DNA of 64,000 nucleotides from the human T2T-CHM13v2.0 reference genome, Homo sapiens. The stretch lies in NCBI RefSeq assembly GCF_009914755.1, contig NC_060925.1; one strand, written 5' to 3'. The translations under genes were made by a program, and so were the position numbers. Below the pieces are notes generated by a model. That model searched no databases, was not told the origin of the DNA, and worked only from the letters and a program-made list of their open reading frames with translations. This document shows positions 1 through 14,231 of the stretch, piece after piece. Position 1 is the stretch's first letter; every line of letters starts with the position of its first letter.

Positions 1-261
1 TTGAGATTTATTCATTTTATATTAATTTTTGTATAAGTCATGAGGTATGCATGAAAGTTCTTTCTCCTCTTCCTCCCTTCTTCCCCACCCTCTCCTCCAG
101 TTTTACTCTTTTTCTTTCTTCTTTTGCATAGAGTCTTTCAATTGATACACCATTTGTTTTAAAGCCTATCCTTTCTCCATTGGATTTCCTTTGCACCTTT
201 TTGAAAATCAATAGACTATAGTTGTATGGGTCTATTTCTATACTCTTTGTGCTATTTCATT

Positions 262-1203
262 GATATATATATCATTGATGTATACATATACATATATCAA
301 TATACATATTGATATATACATATATATCATTGATATATATTAGTATATATGTAAGTATATATAGTTATATATGTGTATATATATACTTACATATATGTGT
401 ATATATGTAAGTATGTATATACTTATATATATACTTATATATATGTGTATATATGTAAGTATATATATACGTATATATGTGTATATATGTAAGTATATAT
501 ATACACTTATATATGTTTATATATGTAAGTATATATATACACTTATATATATGTGTATATATGTAAGTATATATATACACATATATATAAGTGTATATAT
601 GTAAGTATATATATACACTTATATATATGTGTATATATGTAAGTATATATATACACATATATATGTGTATATATGTAAGTATATATATACACTTATATAT
701 ATGTGTATATATGTAAGTATATATATACACTTATATATATGTGTATATATGTAAGTATATATATACACTTATATATAAGTGTATATATGTAAGTATATAT
801 ATACACTTATATATAAGTGTATATATGTAAGTATATATATACACTTATATATAAGTGTATATATGTAAGTATATATATACACTTATATATAAGTGTATAT
901 ATGTAAGTATATATATACACTTATATATATGTGTGTATATGTAAGTATATATATACACTTATATATATGTGTGTATATGTAAGTATATATATACACTTAT
1001 ATATGTGTATATATGTAAGTATATATATACACTTATATATATGTGTATATATGTAAGTATATATATACACTTATATATATGTGTATATATGTAAGTATAC
1101 ATATACACTTATATATATGTGTATATATGTAAGTATACATATACACATATATATGTGTATATATGGAAGTATATATATACACTTATATATGTGTATATAT
1201 ATA
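262..1203. repeat. AT-rich minisatellite/VNTR, ~38-bp unit GTATATATGTAAGTATATATATACACTTATATATA(A/T)GT, about 20 copies
   Basis: Unit read directly, e.g. 781-818 repeats at 819-856. It explains the YIY-rich ORFs at 365-730, 371-604 and 1119-1391. Confidence 0.97.
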
Positions 1204-2364
1204 CTAATTCTTTTGACAATACTGCACTGTTTAGTTACTGTAACTTTATAGTAAGTCTTGAAATCAGTGTTGTGAGTTTTCTGACATTTTCTTTTTCAAA
1301 AATTGTTTGGACTATTCTAATTTATCTGTCTTTCCCTAAAAATTTTAGAAAGAGTTGTTTATTTCTACCAAAAACCTTGCTGAGATTTTGATTGAGATAG
1401 CATTAGATCTATAAATCAATTTTGGAAGAATTGATAGCTTAGTAATATTGGGTCTTTCAATCCACAAACATAATATGTTTATTTATTTTCTATGATTTCT
1501 TTCACGACTGTTTCATAGTTTTCAACATATTTATATTGCACATACTTTGGTATATTTATACGTAGTATTTCTTGTTTATTGGTGCTAATGAAATTGTATT
1601 TTTTTAGATTTTGATTTCTAATTGTATATAGCTAGAACATAGAAATTTAATTATTTTTTGTCTATCAACTTTGTGTTCTGTGATTTTTATAAGCTCACTT
1701 ATTATTACAAGGAGTTTTTTAAAATAAACATATCTCTGTAAATAGATAGTTTTATTTTCTTTTCAAGCTGTTTGGCTTTTATTTATTTATTCCTGTCTTA
1801 AAGCACAGGCTAGGATCTATGTACAATGTTGAATAGTAGTGCTAAAACAGATACCTTTGCTTTGTTTCTGATCTTAGGAAGGAAGTGTTTGTCTTTTATC
1901 ATTAAATATGATGTTAGAAATGTCTTTGCTTGGTAAAACAAGGTAATGCTTGCCTTATAAGACAAGCTGAGAAATATTTTCTCTAATAACTGACATTTAT
2001 TCTTACTTTTTTTTTGTAGAATTTGCCAGGGAAGTTATTCAAACATGGAATTTTTCATACAAAATGTCTTAAATATTAATTTAAATTATTTAATAGATAC
2101 AGAATTATTCAGATTATCTACTTATCTTGAGTTTTAGTATTTTGTGTATTTGCAGGAATACACAAATTCAAAATTGTTAAATTTAAGGATATAAAGTAGC
2201 CATAGTATATACTTTTTAATTATCCTGTTAATATCTGTAAAATTGGTAATGGTATACTCTTTCTTTTCCTGACAATTATAAGTTGTGTCTCATGTATTTT
2301 TTTCATAGATACTCTGGCTAAAGGCTTATGAACTTTATGAATCATTTTAAAGAACCAGTTCTCA

Positions 2365-4404
2365 ACACTATTTGTTGAATAGGAAGTCTTTTCCCCATTG
2401 CTTACATTATGGGTGATTTTATATTTTATGTGAGTGAATATATATTATGGGTGATCTTTTTTGGCCTTGTCAAAGATCAGATGGTTATAGGTATGTGGCT
2501 TTATTTCTGAGTTTTCTATTCAGTTCCATTGGTCTATGTGTCTGTTTTTGTACCAGTACCAAGCTGTTTTGATTATTGTGGCCAGTATAGTATAGTATAG
2601 TATAGTATAGTATAGTATAGTATAGTATAGTATAGTATAGTACAGTACAGTATAGTATAGTTTGGAGTTGGGTGGTGTGATGACTCCATCTTTGTTCTTT
2701 TTGCTTAGGATTGCTTTAGCTATTCGGGCTCTTTTTTGGCTCCATATGAATTTTAGAATACTTTTTTTCTAATTCTGTGAAGAATGATATTAGTAGCTTG
2801 ATAGGAATAGCATTGAATCTTAAATTACTTTGGGTAATATGGCCATTTTTATAATATTGATTCTTCTAATCCTTTAGCATGGAATCTTTTCCCATTTGTT
2901 TTTGTTATCTCTGATTTCTTTCAGCATTGTTTTGTTGTTTTCCTTGTAGATTTCTGTTACCTCCTTGATTAGCTACATTCCTAGGTATTTCAATTTTTTG
3001 TGACTATTGGAAGTGGGATTGTGTTCTTAATTTTACTCTCAGCCTGGATGTTGTTGGTGTATAGAAATGCTACTAATTGCTCTACGTTAATCCTGAAACT
3101 TTACTAAAGTCATTTATAAGTTCCAGGGACCTTTTGGCAGAGTCTTTAGAATTTTCTATGTATAGAATCATAACATTAGTGAAGAGAGATAGTTTGACTT
3201 CTAGCTAGTTTTCTGCAGAAGATTTAAGCTGGACCCCTACTTTTCACCATATACAAAAATTAACTCAAAATGGGTTAAAAATGTAAATGTTCTGGAAGAC
3301 AACCTAGAAAATACTCTTCTCAACATTGACCTTGGCAAGGAATTTTTAGCTGAGTCCCAAAAATCAATTACAACAAAACTGAAAATAGACAAATGGGACC
3401 TAATTAAACTAAAGAGCTTCTACACAGCAAAAGAAACTATCAACAGAGCATACAAATGACTTACAAAATGGGAGAAGGTATTCACAAACTATGCATCTGA
3501 CAAAGGCCTCATATCCAGAATCTATAGGGATCTTAAACAAACCAATAAGCAAAAAACAAATAACCCCACTAAAAAATGGGCAAAGGACAAGAACAGACAC
3601 TTCTCAAGAGAAGACATACAAGTGGCCATCAAATATATGAAAAAAAGGTGCTCAGCATCACTAATCATTAGAGAAATGCAAGTAAAAACCACAGGGAGAA
3701 ACCATCTTATACCAATCAGAATGGCTATTATAAAAACATCAAAAAACAACAAATGTTGGCAAGGCTGTGGAGAAAAGGGAATGCTTATACACTGTTAATA
3801 GGACTATAAATTAGTCCAATCACTATGGAAAGCAGTCTGAAGATTTCTCAGATAACTTAAAACAGAGCTACCATTTGACCAAGCAATCCCATTGCTAGGT
3901 ATATACCCAAAAGAAAATACATCATTCTACCAAAAAGACACATGTGCTCATATATTCATTGCTGCACTATTCATAATAGCAAAGACATGGTGCACATCAA
4001 CCCAAGTGCCCACTAATGGTAGATTATATAAAGAAAATGTGGTACATAGACACCATGGAATACTACACAGCCACATAAAGAATGAAATAATATTCTTTGC
4101 AGCAACGTGAAGAGAGCTGGAGGCCATAGTCCTAAGCAAATGAACACAGAAACAAAAAAACCAAATACTTTTGACTTGTAAGTGAGAGCTAAATGTTGAG
4201 CACACATAGACATAAATATGGTAGCAATAGGCACTATGGACTCCTAGAGGATGGAGGGGAGTAGATTAAAGAAAAGCTACCCATCAGCCATTATGCTCAC
4301 TACCTGGGTTATGGGATCCATACTTCAAACCTCAGCATCATGCAATTATTACCATGTAACAAACCTGCCCATGTACCCCCTGTATCTAAAATAAAAGTTG
4401 GAAA
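2365..4404 (+). mobile_element. 5'-inverted (twin-primed) truncated L1, L1PA13-16/L1PB-like
   Basis: Antisense ORF2 segment ~2365-3202 joins a sense ORF2/3' UTR segment ~3203-4404 ending CTAAAATAAAAGTTGGAAAAAA. TSD AAAGAACCAGTTCTCA (2349-2364) / AAAGAACGAATTCTCA (4405-4420). Confidence 0.9.
2586..2660. repeat. Pentanucleotide STR (TATAG)11(TACAG)2(TATAG)2
   Basis: Read directly; expanded from an L1 ORF2 GTATAG motif. Confidence 0.97.
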
Positions 4405-6899
4405 AAAGAACGAATTCTCAGTTTTACTAATATTTCTGTTGTGCTTTACTTTTCCATTTCACACTTTTCTCTTTTTATCTCTATTCTACCCTTCCTTCTG
4501 TTTGTTGTGGGTTAGATTTGCTTTCCTTTTTCTTAGTTCTTAATGTGAATGTTTAGATAATAGGTTTGAGGCATTTTTTCCTAATGTAAACATTTAATGC
4601 TATGAATTATCCTTTAAGTTCTGCTTTAGTTGCATACTACATACTACACATTTTAATTCGTTTTCTTTTCCATGCAACTCAAAATAACTTATCTTGTGAA
4701 TTCCTCTTTGACTCATAAAAACTCTGCATTTCTCTTTATTTTTGGAAGTTGTTTCAACTGGGTATACAATTCTTAGTTGACAGTCTTTCTCTGTCAGCAC
4801 TTTAAAGCTGTCATTACATTGTTTTCTAGATTGGATAGTTTCTCATGAAATATTTCATGTAATTATTTTCTTTGTTCCTCTGTATGCAATGTATTTTATT
4901 TTGGGTAGAAGGAGGGCTATCTAGCTGCCCTAAAGATTTTCTTTTAATGTTTGATTTTTCGCATTTTGAATATAATATATTTATGGGTGTTTGTGTATGC
5001 ATATGTGTTTATCTTGCTTGGTGATCTCTGGGGATTTTGGATATGTGTTTAAATGTCTTTCATTAATTTTAGAAAATTCTTAGCCTTTATTATTTCAATA
5101 TTTCTTTTGCTTCATTTTTCTTCTTTTATGATTCATGTTGTACATATATTAGATCATTTAATATTATCTCACAAATCTTGAATGCTGTATTATCTTTTCA
5201 TCTCAGTTTTCAGTTTGTATTTCAGTATTGTACCTATTGAAATAATGTTGTATAATTTTATCTTTGTTTTTTACTTACTGAAACTCAAGTTCACTTTTCA
5301 CTCAGTTTTCTTTATACATGTTACCAAGGTTTTTTTAGTTATTGCATTGCCATTATATTTTTTCTCATAATATTCATTCTTTACTGAAACTCCTCTTCTG
5401 TTTCTGTATGCTGTCCACCTTTCCATTAGTCTTTAATATACTAGTCATAGTTATTTGAAACCCCCTATCTGAGAGTTTCAATATCTGTCATATCTGCATA
5501 TTGTTTTGCTGACTATTTTGTCTGTTAACAATGTATTGTTTTTCTTACATTATTTTTCTTGCTTATAATTTTTGTTTGAAAATGAAATATCTTATGTAGG
5601 ACAAGAGAGACTGAGTTAAATAGTATTTATTTCTGGAAATACGCACACGTCTGCTAGACATTTACTGTGAGGGATTTAATCAGCCTATCTGGAGCTAGTC
5701 TGGGTTGAGTTTTGTTGTTGATATAGAGTACCACTAGCTTCAAATTTCTGTAGCTTAGTTTGTGTTCAGTGAGGATCTGGGTAGTAATCTTCTTTGGCAG
5801 TTACTGTGTCCCACCTCCCAGGTCTGCACCATAAAAAAAAGTTATCTCAGAATCTTTCCCTGCCCCAATCTTTCCTGTGAGCTGTGAGGTCCATGGATAA
5901 GTGCCTGCAAGTGCTGCAAACTCCTCTTGTGTCATGGCAACTGGTTTTTTTTACTCTTCCTTCAGCCCACACTTGACTGTTAGCAATTGTTTTAAAAAAT
6001 TAAGCTGAATTTTTTTCCTGCCAGCTTATGTGGCATGTGCTCTGCCACGGGAAAGCACGTGCTTGGGTCCTACCTTTGTTGGAGACACCTGTCCTTTTCA
6101 GATGTCAAGCAAGTTAATTGTACTTTGACCTCAGCTCTCTAATGGGTTCAAGAAAAGTTGTGATTTGTAGATTATTTGGCTTTTTCTTGTTTTTAGGATG
6201 AGAACAACGCTCATTACATTGCTATGCATTCCAAATGGAAGCCAGAAGTTCCTCTTGTGATTTTATATTGAGCCTGGAATAAATAATTGAGAAACAGTAG
6301 GTGTCAGGGAGCTTTAGGTAGCAATGAGTAGGAGATAAGAGGCTCATGAATTTAGGAAAAAGTCCTGGGCATTTTGTTCTTGTATACACAATTTTATAAG
6401 TTACGGTAATAAAAAGATATAGATATTTATATCGCTCTATGACCTTTAAGCTTCATAATAACCCTGTAAAAAATCGCAATGCTCAACTTACACATATGGA
6501 GTTTAAATTGCTTTTTGATGACTTTTTGGAAATTAATTATAAAACAAGTAAGAAGCCTGATACATAATAGCTGTTAAATAATAAATGACAGAAGAGATGA
6601 ATGAATGTCAAGGGTTAAATGGGAACTCTCTTTTTAGCCTTACAAATCTGAAGGAAAAAAATTCTTTATAAGTTTAACACACATCTGGTATATTTATAAA
6701 TGGAAATTAGTACTATATGATTAGTAGTTGCTATGAAATGTATTTGCAATTTGGAAAAGAAGATGCTACTTTCACTAATATGTATTCTTTTTTCAATTAG
6801 ATTTTCCTTTACTTTTTCTTTCAACTGGCACTCAAATTATGTTTTTCAGTGGCAATGTGTCTAACTCTGTTATAGCCTTTATTAAATTTTAGAGGGCTA

Positions 6900-7033
6900 T
6901 CTGCTTATATGGTTGTGTCACTAAACTAAATGCTACCTAAGAAGAGAAGCTATATCTAATTTATCCTTGTGGTGCCAGTTTCTACATGCACCTGCACCCA
7001 AAGTAGACACTCAATAAATGTAGTTGAAATAAA
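6900..7033 (+). mobile_element. L2 3' end fragment
   Basis: Ends in the typical L2 terminus AGTAGACACTCAATAAATGTAGTTGAA. Confidence 0.65.
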
Positions 7034-8712
7034 CTGTAATTCAAATGTATTAAGTACATTGTAAGGATAGTAAATTAAAGTGTCTCTCCTGTGAAGGGGA
7101 TCTAAAGTATGTCCAGAGCAATCTTCCTTGCTGGACTTCACAGTGAAGTATCATACAGATGGTAGCTTTGAGGTGGAGGTGACTGAGTTGACCAGAGGTG
7201 GCATCAAGGAGTACCTCCCATCTTCCTCAGCTCCATTCCATTTTTTAAAAGCATGAAATCGTAATGTTTACTCAGTTTTATATAGCATGCTATAAATATG
7301 TTCTTGGACACTTCCAATTCCTTCTCTCCTCCACTTTCTACTTTTAAGTCTCTCATATAGAGAAATTCCAAAGCCAGTAATTACTGGAACAACCAAAAAA
7401 TTCTTCCAACGAATAAAGTGCTCAAATGTCTGCTAGGTTATTGGAGGGCAATTGGAAGTGATAATATGCCTTGTTCCTCATTCTTTTGTTTTTTGCTTCA
7501 TAGGGATGAGTTATGTGTCATTAGATAGGCAATGAAGTTACTACTTTTTCACCTAAGATTTTTTGCTTGACCTCTGATATCTGATATTAGAACTTGATCT
7601 TTTCCAATCTAGTTAAAAATTGAAGCATGCCTTTTCATTTTCTTTATATTTTCAGCAGGAAATATATAGATATTTCCAGATTTCTATCTGGATCTCACCT
7701 ATGTTTCTACCTAATTATGATGTGGGCAGTTTTAGTTATTCAGCATTGGCCTGGAAATTCCATCTTTATGTATTTGAATTTACCAGTGACATTTCTACGA
7801 CAATCTGTATGTTCAGTTGTCAGGAAAAAGAGAATCAGGTTACTGGAGCAATTAAGTCAAATCTTAACTACATCTCTGAACAAAACACAGTATGCAGAGG
7901 CACCTAGAAAATTTATAAAGTGCTTCGCTAGCAACTTGAGACACTGTAAGAGGAAGGCTTTGGTACACAGGCTAAAAGCCTGAATATTGGGGAGTTGTAG
8001 ACATAGGTATTTGAAGTAACCTTTACATCTATCTTTATTTTTAAAATGAACAGAAATTATTTCAACTTAAAACACCTCGTTTGTGTGTCTGCAAGTCAGT
8101 GGGTCAAGGTTTTATTATTATAAAATAACATATCCTGACTATTTTAGAAAATATTTTACTTTTAATGGATAGCTGAGGCTTGTCTATTTAAATGATTTTA
8201 ATTGAAACAACTGTTATTCTGACTTTTGATTCAATTCCCTGCGTGTAAAAATTAGCCACCTAATTGAGGGACATGATTGTTGAAGGTCTTGGAACAATCT
8301 CACCACCACTGTCTCAGTCTCAACTCAGTTTAACAAATAAGTAAATCTGACTAAATCTGATCAGTAAATGCAATTATCAGGCCCTATAGGGAATCCTAGG
8401 ACTGAAAAATTCTGTCTAAGGAAAGAGTAAAGAGGAAGAGAGGAGATCATTTGACTGGATTTAGGGAACCAATCTTGTAGATGAAAATGGCTACTGATGT
8501 GTTTGAAAAGTAAGAATGAGAACAATTAAGACCATGGTTTCACAGGAAAATATGGTTTGTATTGAACAAAAAGAGAAGAGAAAAGGAGAAAAGAACAAGA
8601 AAAAGACAAAATAAAAATTAAAGGGAAAACAGACAAAGAGAGAAGCAGTGTTTGATAAAGATCAACATATGACATCCACAAGCATTTATTCATTCAACAA
8701 TTAGCTATTGAA

Positions 8713-9040
8713 GGCTGGGCGCGGTGGCTCACACCTGTAATCCCAACACTTTAGGAGGTCGCAGCAGGTGGATCACTTGAGGTCAGGAGTTCGAGACCAG
8801 CCTGACCAACATGGTGAAACCCTGTCTCTACTAAAATTACAAAATTAGCCAGGTGTGGTGACACACACTTGTAATCTCAGCTACTTGGGAGGCTGAGGCA
8901 AGAGAATTGCTTGAACCCAGGAGGTGGAGGTTGCAGTGAGCCAAGATGGTGCCATTGCACTTCAGCCCAGATAACAAGACCAAACTCTGTCTCAAAAACA
9001 AACAAACAAACAAAACAGGAAAACAAAACAAAACAAAAAA
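8713..9040 (+). mobile_element. AluS (AluSq-like) with (AAAC)n tail
   Basis: Starts GGCTGGGCGCGGTGGCTCAC, dimeric body. TSD CAATTAGCTATTGA (8698-8711) / CAATCAGCTATTGA (9042-9055). Inserted into an L2 tail. Confidence 0.96.
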
Positions 9041-9189
9041 CCAATCAGCTATTGAGAAATTATGTGCCAGATACACCAAAAACAGAACAAAACAAAAAAG
9101 CTTCATGTTAACATAGTTACTTATATGTTTTTACAATATCTTAAGAGTGAGCTTGTTAATCTCCGATCTTTTTAGACAAAGAATATAGT

Positions 9190-9500
9190 AATAGCTAACT
9201 ACTATTAATTGAGGGAATATTATGTGGACTAACCACATTCATTCAATTCACACAGCAACCCAATGTTGTAATCAATGCTCCTTTTCTCGTGTTATAGATA
9301 AGAGAACTGAGTTTATGAGGGGTTAAATGTTTTGCCTGGGGCTACAAAAAACTGGAGGTAGGGCTTGAGTATAAGTGTGGTTGACTTTAAAATCTCTAAT
9401 TTCACAGCCCACCCTCTTAATCACTGCAGAGTTGCATCTCAAAGATGTGAAGAACTTGGCTGGAGTCATAGCTAATAAGTGACAGGAGGATCTGATTCTA
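9190..9500 (-). mobile_element. MIR fragments
   Basis: MIR core TTATAGATAAGAGAACTGAG...GGTTAAATGTTTTGCC, plus a second partial core near 9440-9500. Confidence 0.7.
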
Positions 9501-12078
9501 AAGACACACTCATTCATTCATGTTATAGGAAGGCAATGGAAGTTGAAATCTAGTACTAGTTTATCTTAGGTAAGGAATATATTGCCTAAGAATGAATTGG
9601 AACAAGAATATAGCTCTAGTTTGTGGAAGTTTAAATAAGACCTGATAGAAGCAACTTTTTAATTTAGATATTCCATACAGGTATCTTTCCTAACCAGCTC
9701 TCCTCTCATTCCTAAAAAAAATAAAAGGTGAAGAGAAATGAAACTCATCAGAATAGTTAACATTCCATGCAGAGAGTCTTCTTTGGGGAGTTTGAAAGCT
9801 TGTCATTCTTAGGAACACACTATTAAAAGAGCCGTTTTCCTTGGATTTCAAATCCCCTAAACCTTTATCAATTTACCATATTTGGTCAGATTATGACATC
9901 CAGCTGGGGAAGCCCTGCTAGGATGGGGAAGATATGCAATATACAGCCTGTGGAGACACTCAGATAATGAGAGGCCACTAGCCAAACTCCTCTACTTCTG
10001 CCGAGTACTGCTTAGGACCTTCTCTATGCTAGATGGAGGGCTTCATGGAACAAGGCTGCACAAGATTTGGTCTCCAAAATAGCTTTGTGAGTCAAGATTT
10101 CTTATTGATTAAGGACAGACTAAGTCTTCAGACAGGGCCAACACTGGTGTGTCTGGTACCTTTGCACAGCAGAAAAAGGGGGAACACATATATGACAGCC
10201 CTGCTGGCAAATAATATGTAAACAATTTGGCTAAAATAAAGATAATTCCCCTACCTATTGGCACTAAACTGATAATGGAACAATACTGTCAGTAGATGTG
10301 AAGGTACATCAGGTTCAGAGAAACACAGTCTTATAAAGATGTTTTACATGATTATTATCTTTACTTTGTCCTTTTCGTGATCCCATCCTTTTTCACTTTG
10401 CCACAGTTCACCAAACCAAGTCAGTACAACCATGAGCTCAGACCACAGGGACTCTAAGGTTGTGATCTGTAATTGTCACTGTTCCCTTGGTCCATTGCAA
10501 GATGTTCTTTTATCTCTCCAGGTCTCAGGATGCCCCTTGAGAAAAGGCCTTTAGGAAGAGGATCACTAAAATGAAAGAGGACATAGACACATCCCTAAAA
10601 TAGTTTCAAATCTAAATTTTTGGTAGCTAAAGGACTTTAAAAATTCTTCTTAATTGGACTCTCAGAACAATTTTAAAATGTAAGGTCATATTATGTCATT
10701 TTACGCTTAAGAAAAATAACTTTTAGAGAGGTGAAGTTGCTCATTCAGATCATGAAAGATCTTTCAACTCTTACTCAGTGGACATTGCATTACATCATGC
10801 TGCCTCCCATTAGAAAATAAGAAAGATGAATCTCATGATACTCACCAATGTGATTTCAGAACCAGCTTCCAACCCTTATACTTCTTTTTCTCCCTTTTTT
10901 ATTCTTTTCTTATTCTTTCCCCTTATGCCTTTCTTCCTTTATCTTTTCTTTCTGACCCTGGCTTGTTGTCATAACTGATGCTCATGCTTACAAAAGTCAG
11001 ATGGAGAAACCATTTGCTAGGAAAATTCCCTGAGAACCATCACTTTTACTTGGAATTTTTTTCTTAATGTTTAAAAATAATCTTTACACTAAATGATATT
11101 TTTTAGGGTCTTTTAGTGCAGTAGTCTGGCAAAAGTTGGCTTCAATAATTTTTGTAGAACTGAATTGAATTGAATTAAACTGAGTAAAGGTCAGGCTTGA
11201 CACTTAAACAGAAATTCAGAGTCAAAAGTGCCAGCCAGCCTGAACATTATAGCAGAGACAATCTGGCCCCAGCTTTTGCTAGTTTGAAGAGTGTTTTAAT
11301 CTAATCTTGCATATGTTTTCAAAAATCAGCAAAACTGCCAAAATTCTGTTGGCATTGCCTTTCCCCAATTCACTACTGCCAGTCCCTCACTCTCTTAACA
11401 TTCCTGCATCTCTGTTCCATCAGTTTCCTAGCCTAAATGAACCAACTTTTGCCTGCATAAAAACCCATTGCATTGTGTCTCAGATCAAAATCAGATCAAA
11501 TCTTGTAACTTCAACCAAAAATGTTGAGAAAGGAAGGGCTGAGAACAGTTAATTTAATTTAGGTCTATGAAATTTAGCGTGCTAATACTAAGTAATCTGC
11601 CTGCTGTGTGCACATGGTAGGTGATGTGGATAGCAGGAGAAAAGAGTGAGAGGGGATAGGGAAGGGTCACAGAGGAATTGAAAAGGAAAATTATCTTCGC
11701 ATATGAGAGTAAAAGGTGGTCTCTTCATATTCAATACAATTCCCCATCCTCCATCTACATTTAATACAAGGATGTGTTTTAGATCCTTAAAATGCATCTT
11801 ACCTACTAGTTTTTTGGTTATTTTTCTTAACTTTCATTGAATCTGTTTTTCATTTTGTTTGTTGACCACGTTGCCTGTTTATTTGCCTCACTTGGACTAG
11901 GGTGCTGGGCTGAGATGAGCTAAACCTTGATGGGTAGATTTTCTGGGCTATGTGGGACTGCACTATCTGTTACTTACACATTCTGCTATAAGGGAGGTGG
12001 ATAAAGAGTTAGAGGAATCATAAACAGATTTTTTTTAACCTTCTACCAGCATGTGATTGCTAAAAAAAAAAGCAGCCA

Positions 12079-12383
<305 letters not shown>

Positions 12384-12759
12384 AAAAAGCAGCCATGATC
12401 TTACTGCGTAGAAAAGAAGGTAGATGCCTAAGATCCTTCATTGCTCTCCTAGGAAAGTAAGAGATATGATCCTTTCCAGAAAAAAAAAAAATAAAGAGAG
12501 AGATTTTGGGTATAGGACCCAAACTTGGTTAGGATATCCTAGAGATTTGGGCTAGATAGGAGAAGGAAGACAGGACTAGCCCCAGATTTACAGAACGTAA
12601 TGCAAATTACAGAGGGTGATATGTGAAGCATTATCTGGGACCAAAGCCAGGTAGAAAAGACAAAAGTCAATGAACCAAAGTTGCTGGAGGGAAAATAAGA
12701 ATCCATCAAGTAAAAGTGAATGAGTCTATCCATATTTGCAGTGATAGGGATAATTATTA

Positions 12760-13050
12760 CCATAAACATTGCAGGAAAAAAGTCACAAATTAATACATGT
12801 GATCCCATTCACAAAAAAGTCCAAAACCATGCATGCCAAAGCATATATTGTTTAGGAATATATACAGAGATGAAGTAAAAAGATAAATTAAGCAAAGAAA
12901 AACAAGGCAATGATTTCAAATAGCAGTTTACTGTAGGGCTGGAATGGAATTACAGAGAGTCATACAGGTAACTTTGAATACTTTGGTGATATTTTATTTG
13001 TAAGCTGGGTTTTGGGTATATGGATTTTATTAACGTTTTAACTATGCATA
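12760..13050 (+). mobile_element. L1ME-like 3' UTR fragment
   Basis: AAAAGTCACAAATTAATACATGTGATCCCATT...TATATTGTTTAGGAATATATAC resembles old L1ME 3' ends. Confidence 0.55.
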
Positions 13051-13874
13051 CATATTAATGTTTTTCATTAATGTAATGTATATATGTGCATGTTTGTGTA
13101 TGCATATTTGTATGTGTATATCTGTGTGTGTGTATCCAAGAGACCAAGAGAAAAATTCCTGTGAACCATACTTACTTAAAGTGTTTGAACTGGGAAGGGA
13201 AATAGGAACTGTAGGCTGGGAAATGCCTTGAGTCATAGAATACAGTTATGGCCCCTTTCATAGGGTAGTTAGAGTTTTGTGCATGGGCAGGAAGAGTGCT
13301 GTTATAGTCAATGATCCAATTGGATCATAAAATATGAGAGAAGAGGAAGAGAACCTAGAGGTAAACAGGAAAAAAAAATGAAACTTAGATTTAAAAAAGT
13401 TTGTAAAAAAATGCTTCTTTAATCGTTTCATCATAATGTAAAATTACCTGCTCCCTAAAGATTAATAAAATAGATATTTATTTTACAACAAAGCCTATAC
13501 CTCTGTGGCGCTTAGTAAGTACTCTGAAAAAATATAGAAATAAGTAAGCACTATTTATACACTTCATCCTGGTTGAGGCTTTTTGTAAAATGCAGGTTGG
13601 CTCAGGTATATTGCATGGTGGAACCTCAGCATCAAGGTCTGGAGAGGACAGGAAGAACTTGGGAGTAGATACCACAATGCTTTGGGATAAGGACCTATGG
13701 GAGCATGGCCTTGACCCCTAAAGGGACTGTTGGTGAATCCCATATAGAGTGTGGAAGAAATTTGGCAAAGCCAAATTTGTTTGGGGTAAATCTTGCTATT
13801 AGAGTTGGGAGGTGTCCCACCCAGCAGGCAGGACAAAGAAGTGCCAAGAATTATACAAGCACTGAGATTATACC

Positions 13875-14231
13875 TGTATTAGTCTGTTTACACACTGCTG
13901 ATAAAGACATACCCAATACTAGGTAATTCATACAGGAAAAAGGGTTTAATGGACTTACAGTTCCAGGTGGCTGGAGAAGCCTCACAGTCATGGCAGAAGG
14001 CAACAAGGAGCAAAGTCACATCTTACATGGATGGCAGCAGACAAAAAAGAGAGCTCGTGCAGGGAAACTCCACATTATAAAGCCATCAGATCTCGTGAGA
14101 CTTATTGGCTATCATGAAAGCAGCACAGTAAAAACCTGCCCCTTTGATTCAATCACCTCTTACCAGTTCCCTCCCACAACATGTGGGAATTAAAGATGAG
14201 ATTTGTGTGGGGACACAGCCAAACCATAGCA
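13875..14231 (-). mobile_element. THE1A-like MaLR solo LTR
   Basis: TGTATTAGTCTG...GGGGACACAGCCAAACCATAGCA with TG..CA ends, ~357 bp. 5-bp TSD ATACC/ATATC. Confidence 0.93.

Larger units (their letters stand above)
1..6250 (-). mobile_element. Old fragmented L1M-type LINE (L1MC/MD/ME-like), interrupted by an AT-rich VNTR and a younger L1
   Basis: T-rich antisense L1 ORF2-like text on both sides of the VNTR (e.g. CTTTATAGTAAGTCTTGAAATCAG, ACAATGTTGAATAGTAGTG). It continues after 4420 into ORF1- and 5'-like sequence. Boundaries and subfamily are approximate. Confidence 0.7.

Noticed and set aside
365-1391. Y/I-rich ORFs and a CRISPR-like periodic array
   Set aside because: They are translations of an AT-rich VNTR. 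There are no unique spacers or cas genes, and the DNA is primate.
2141-2166. Perfect 10-bp inverted repeat TTTGTGTATT/AATACACAAA in old L1
   Set aside because: It could be a tiny template-switch scar, but it is too short and AT-rich to separate from chance.
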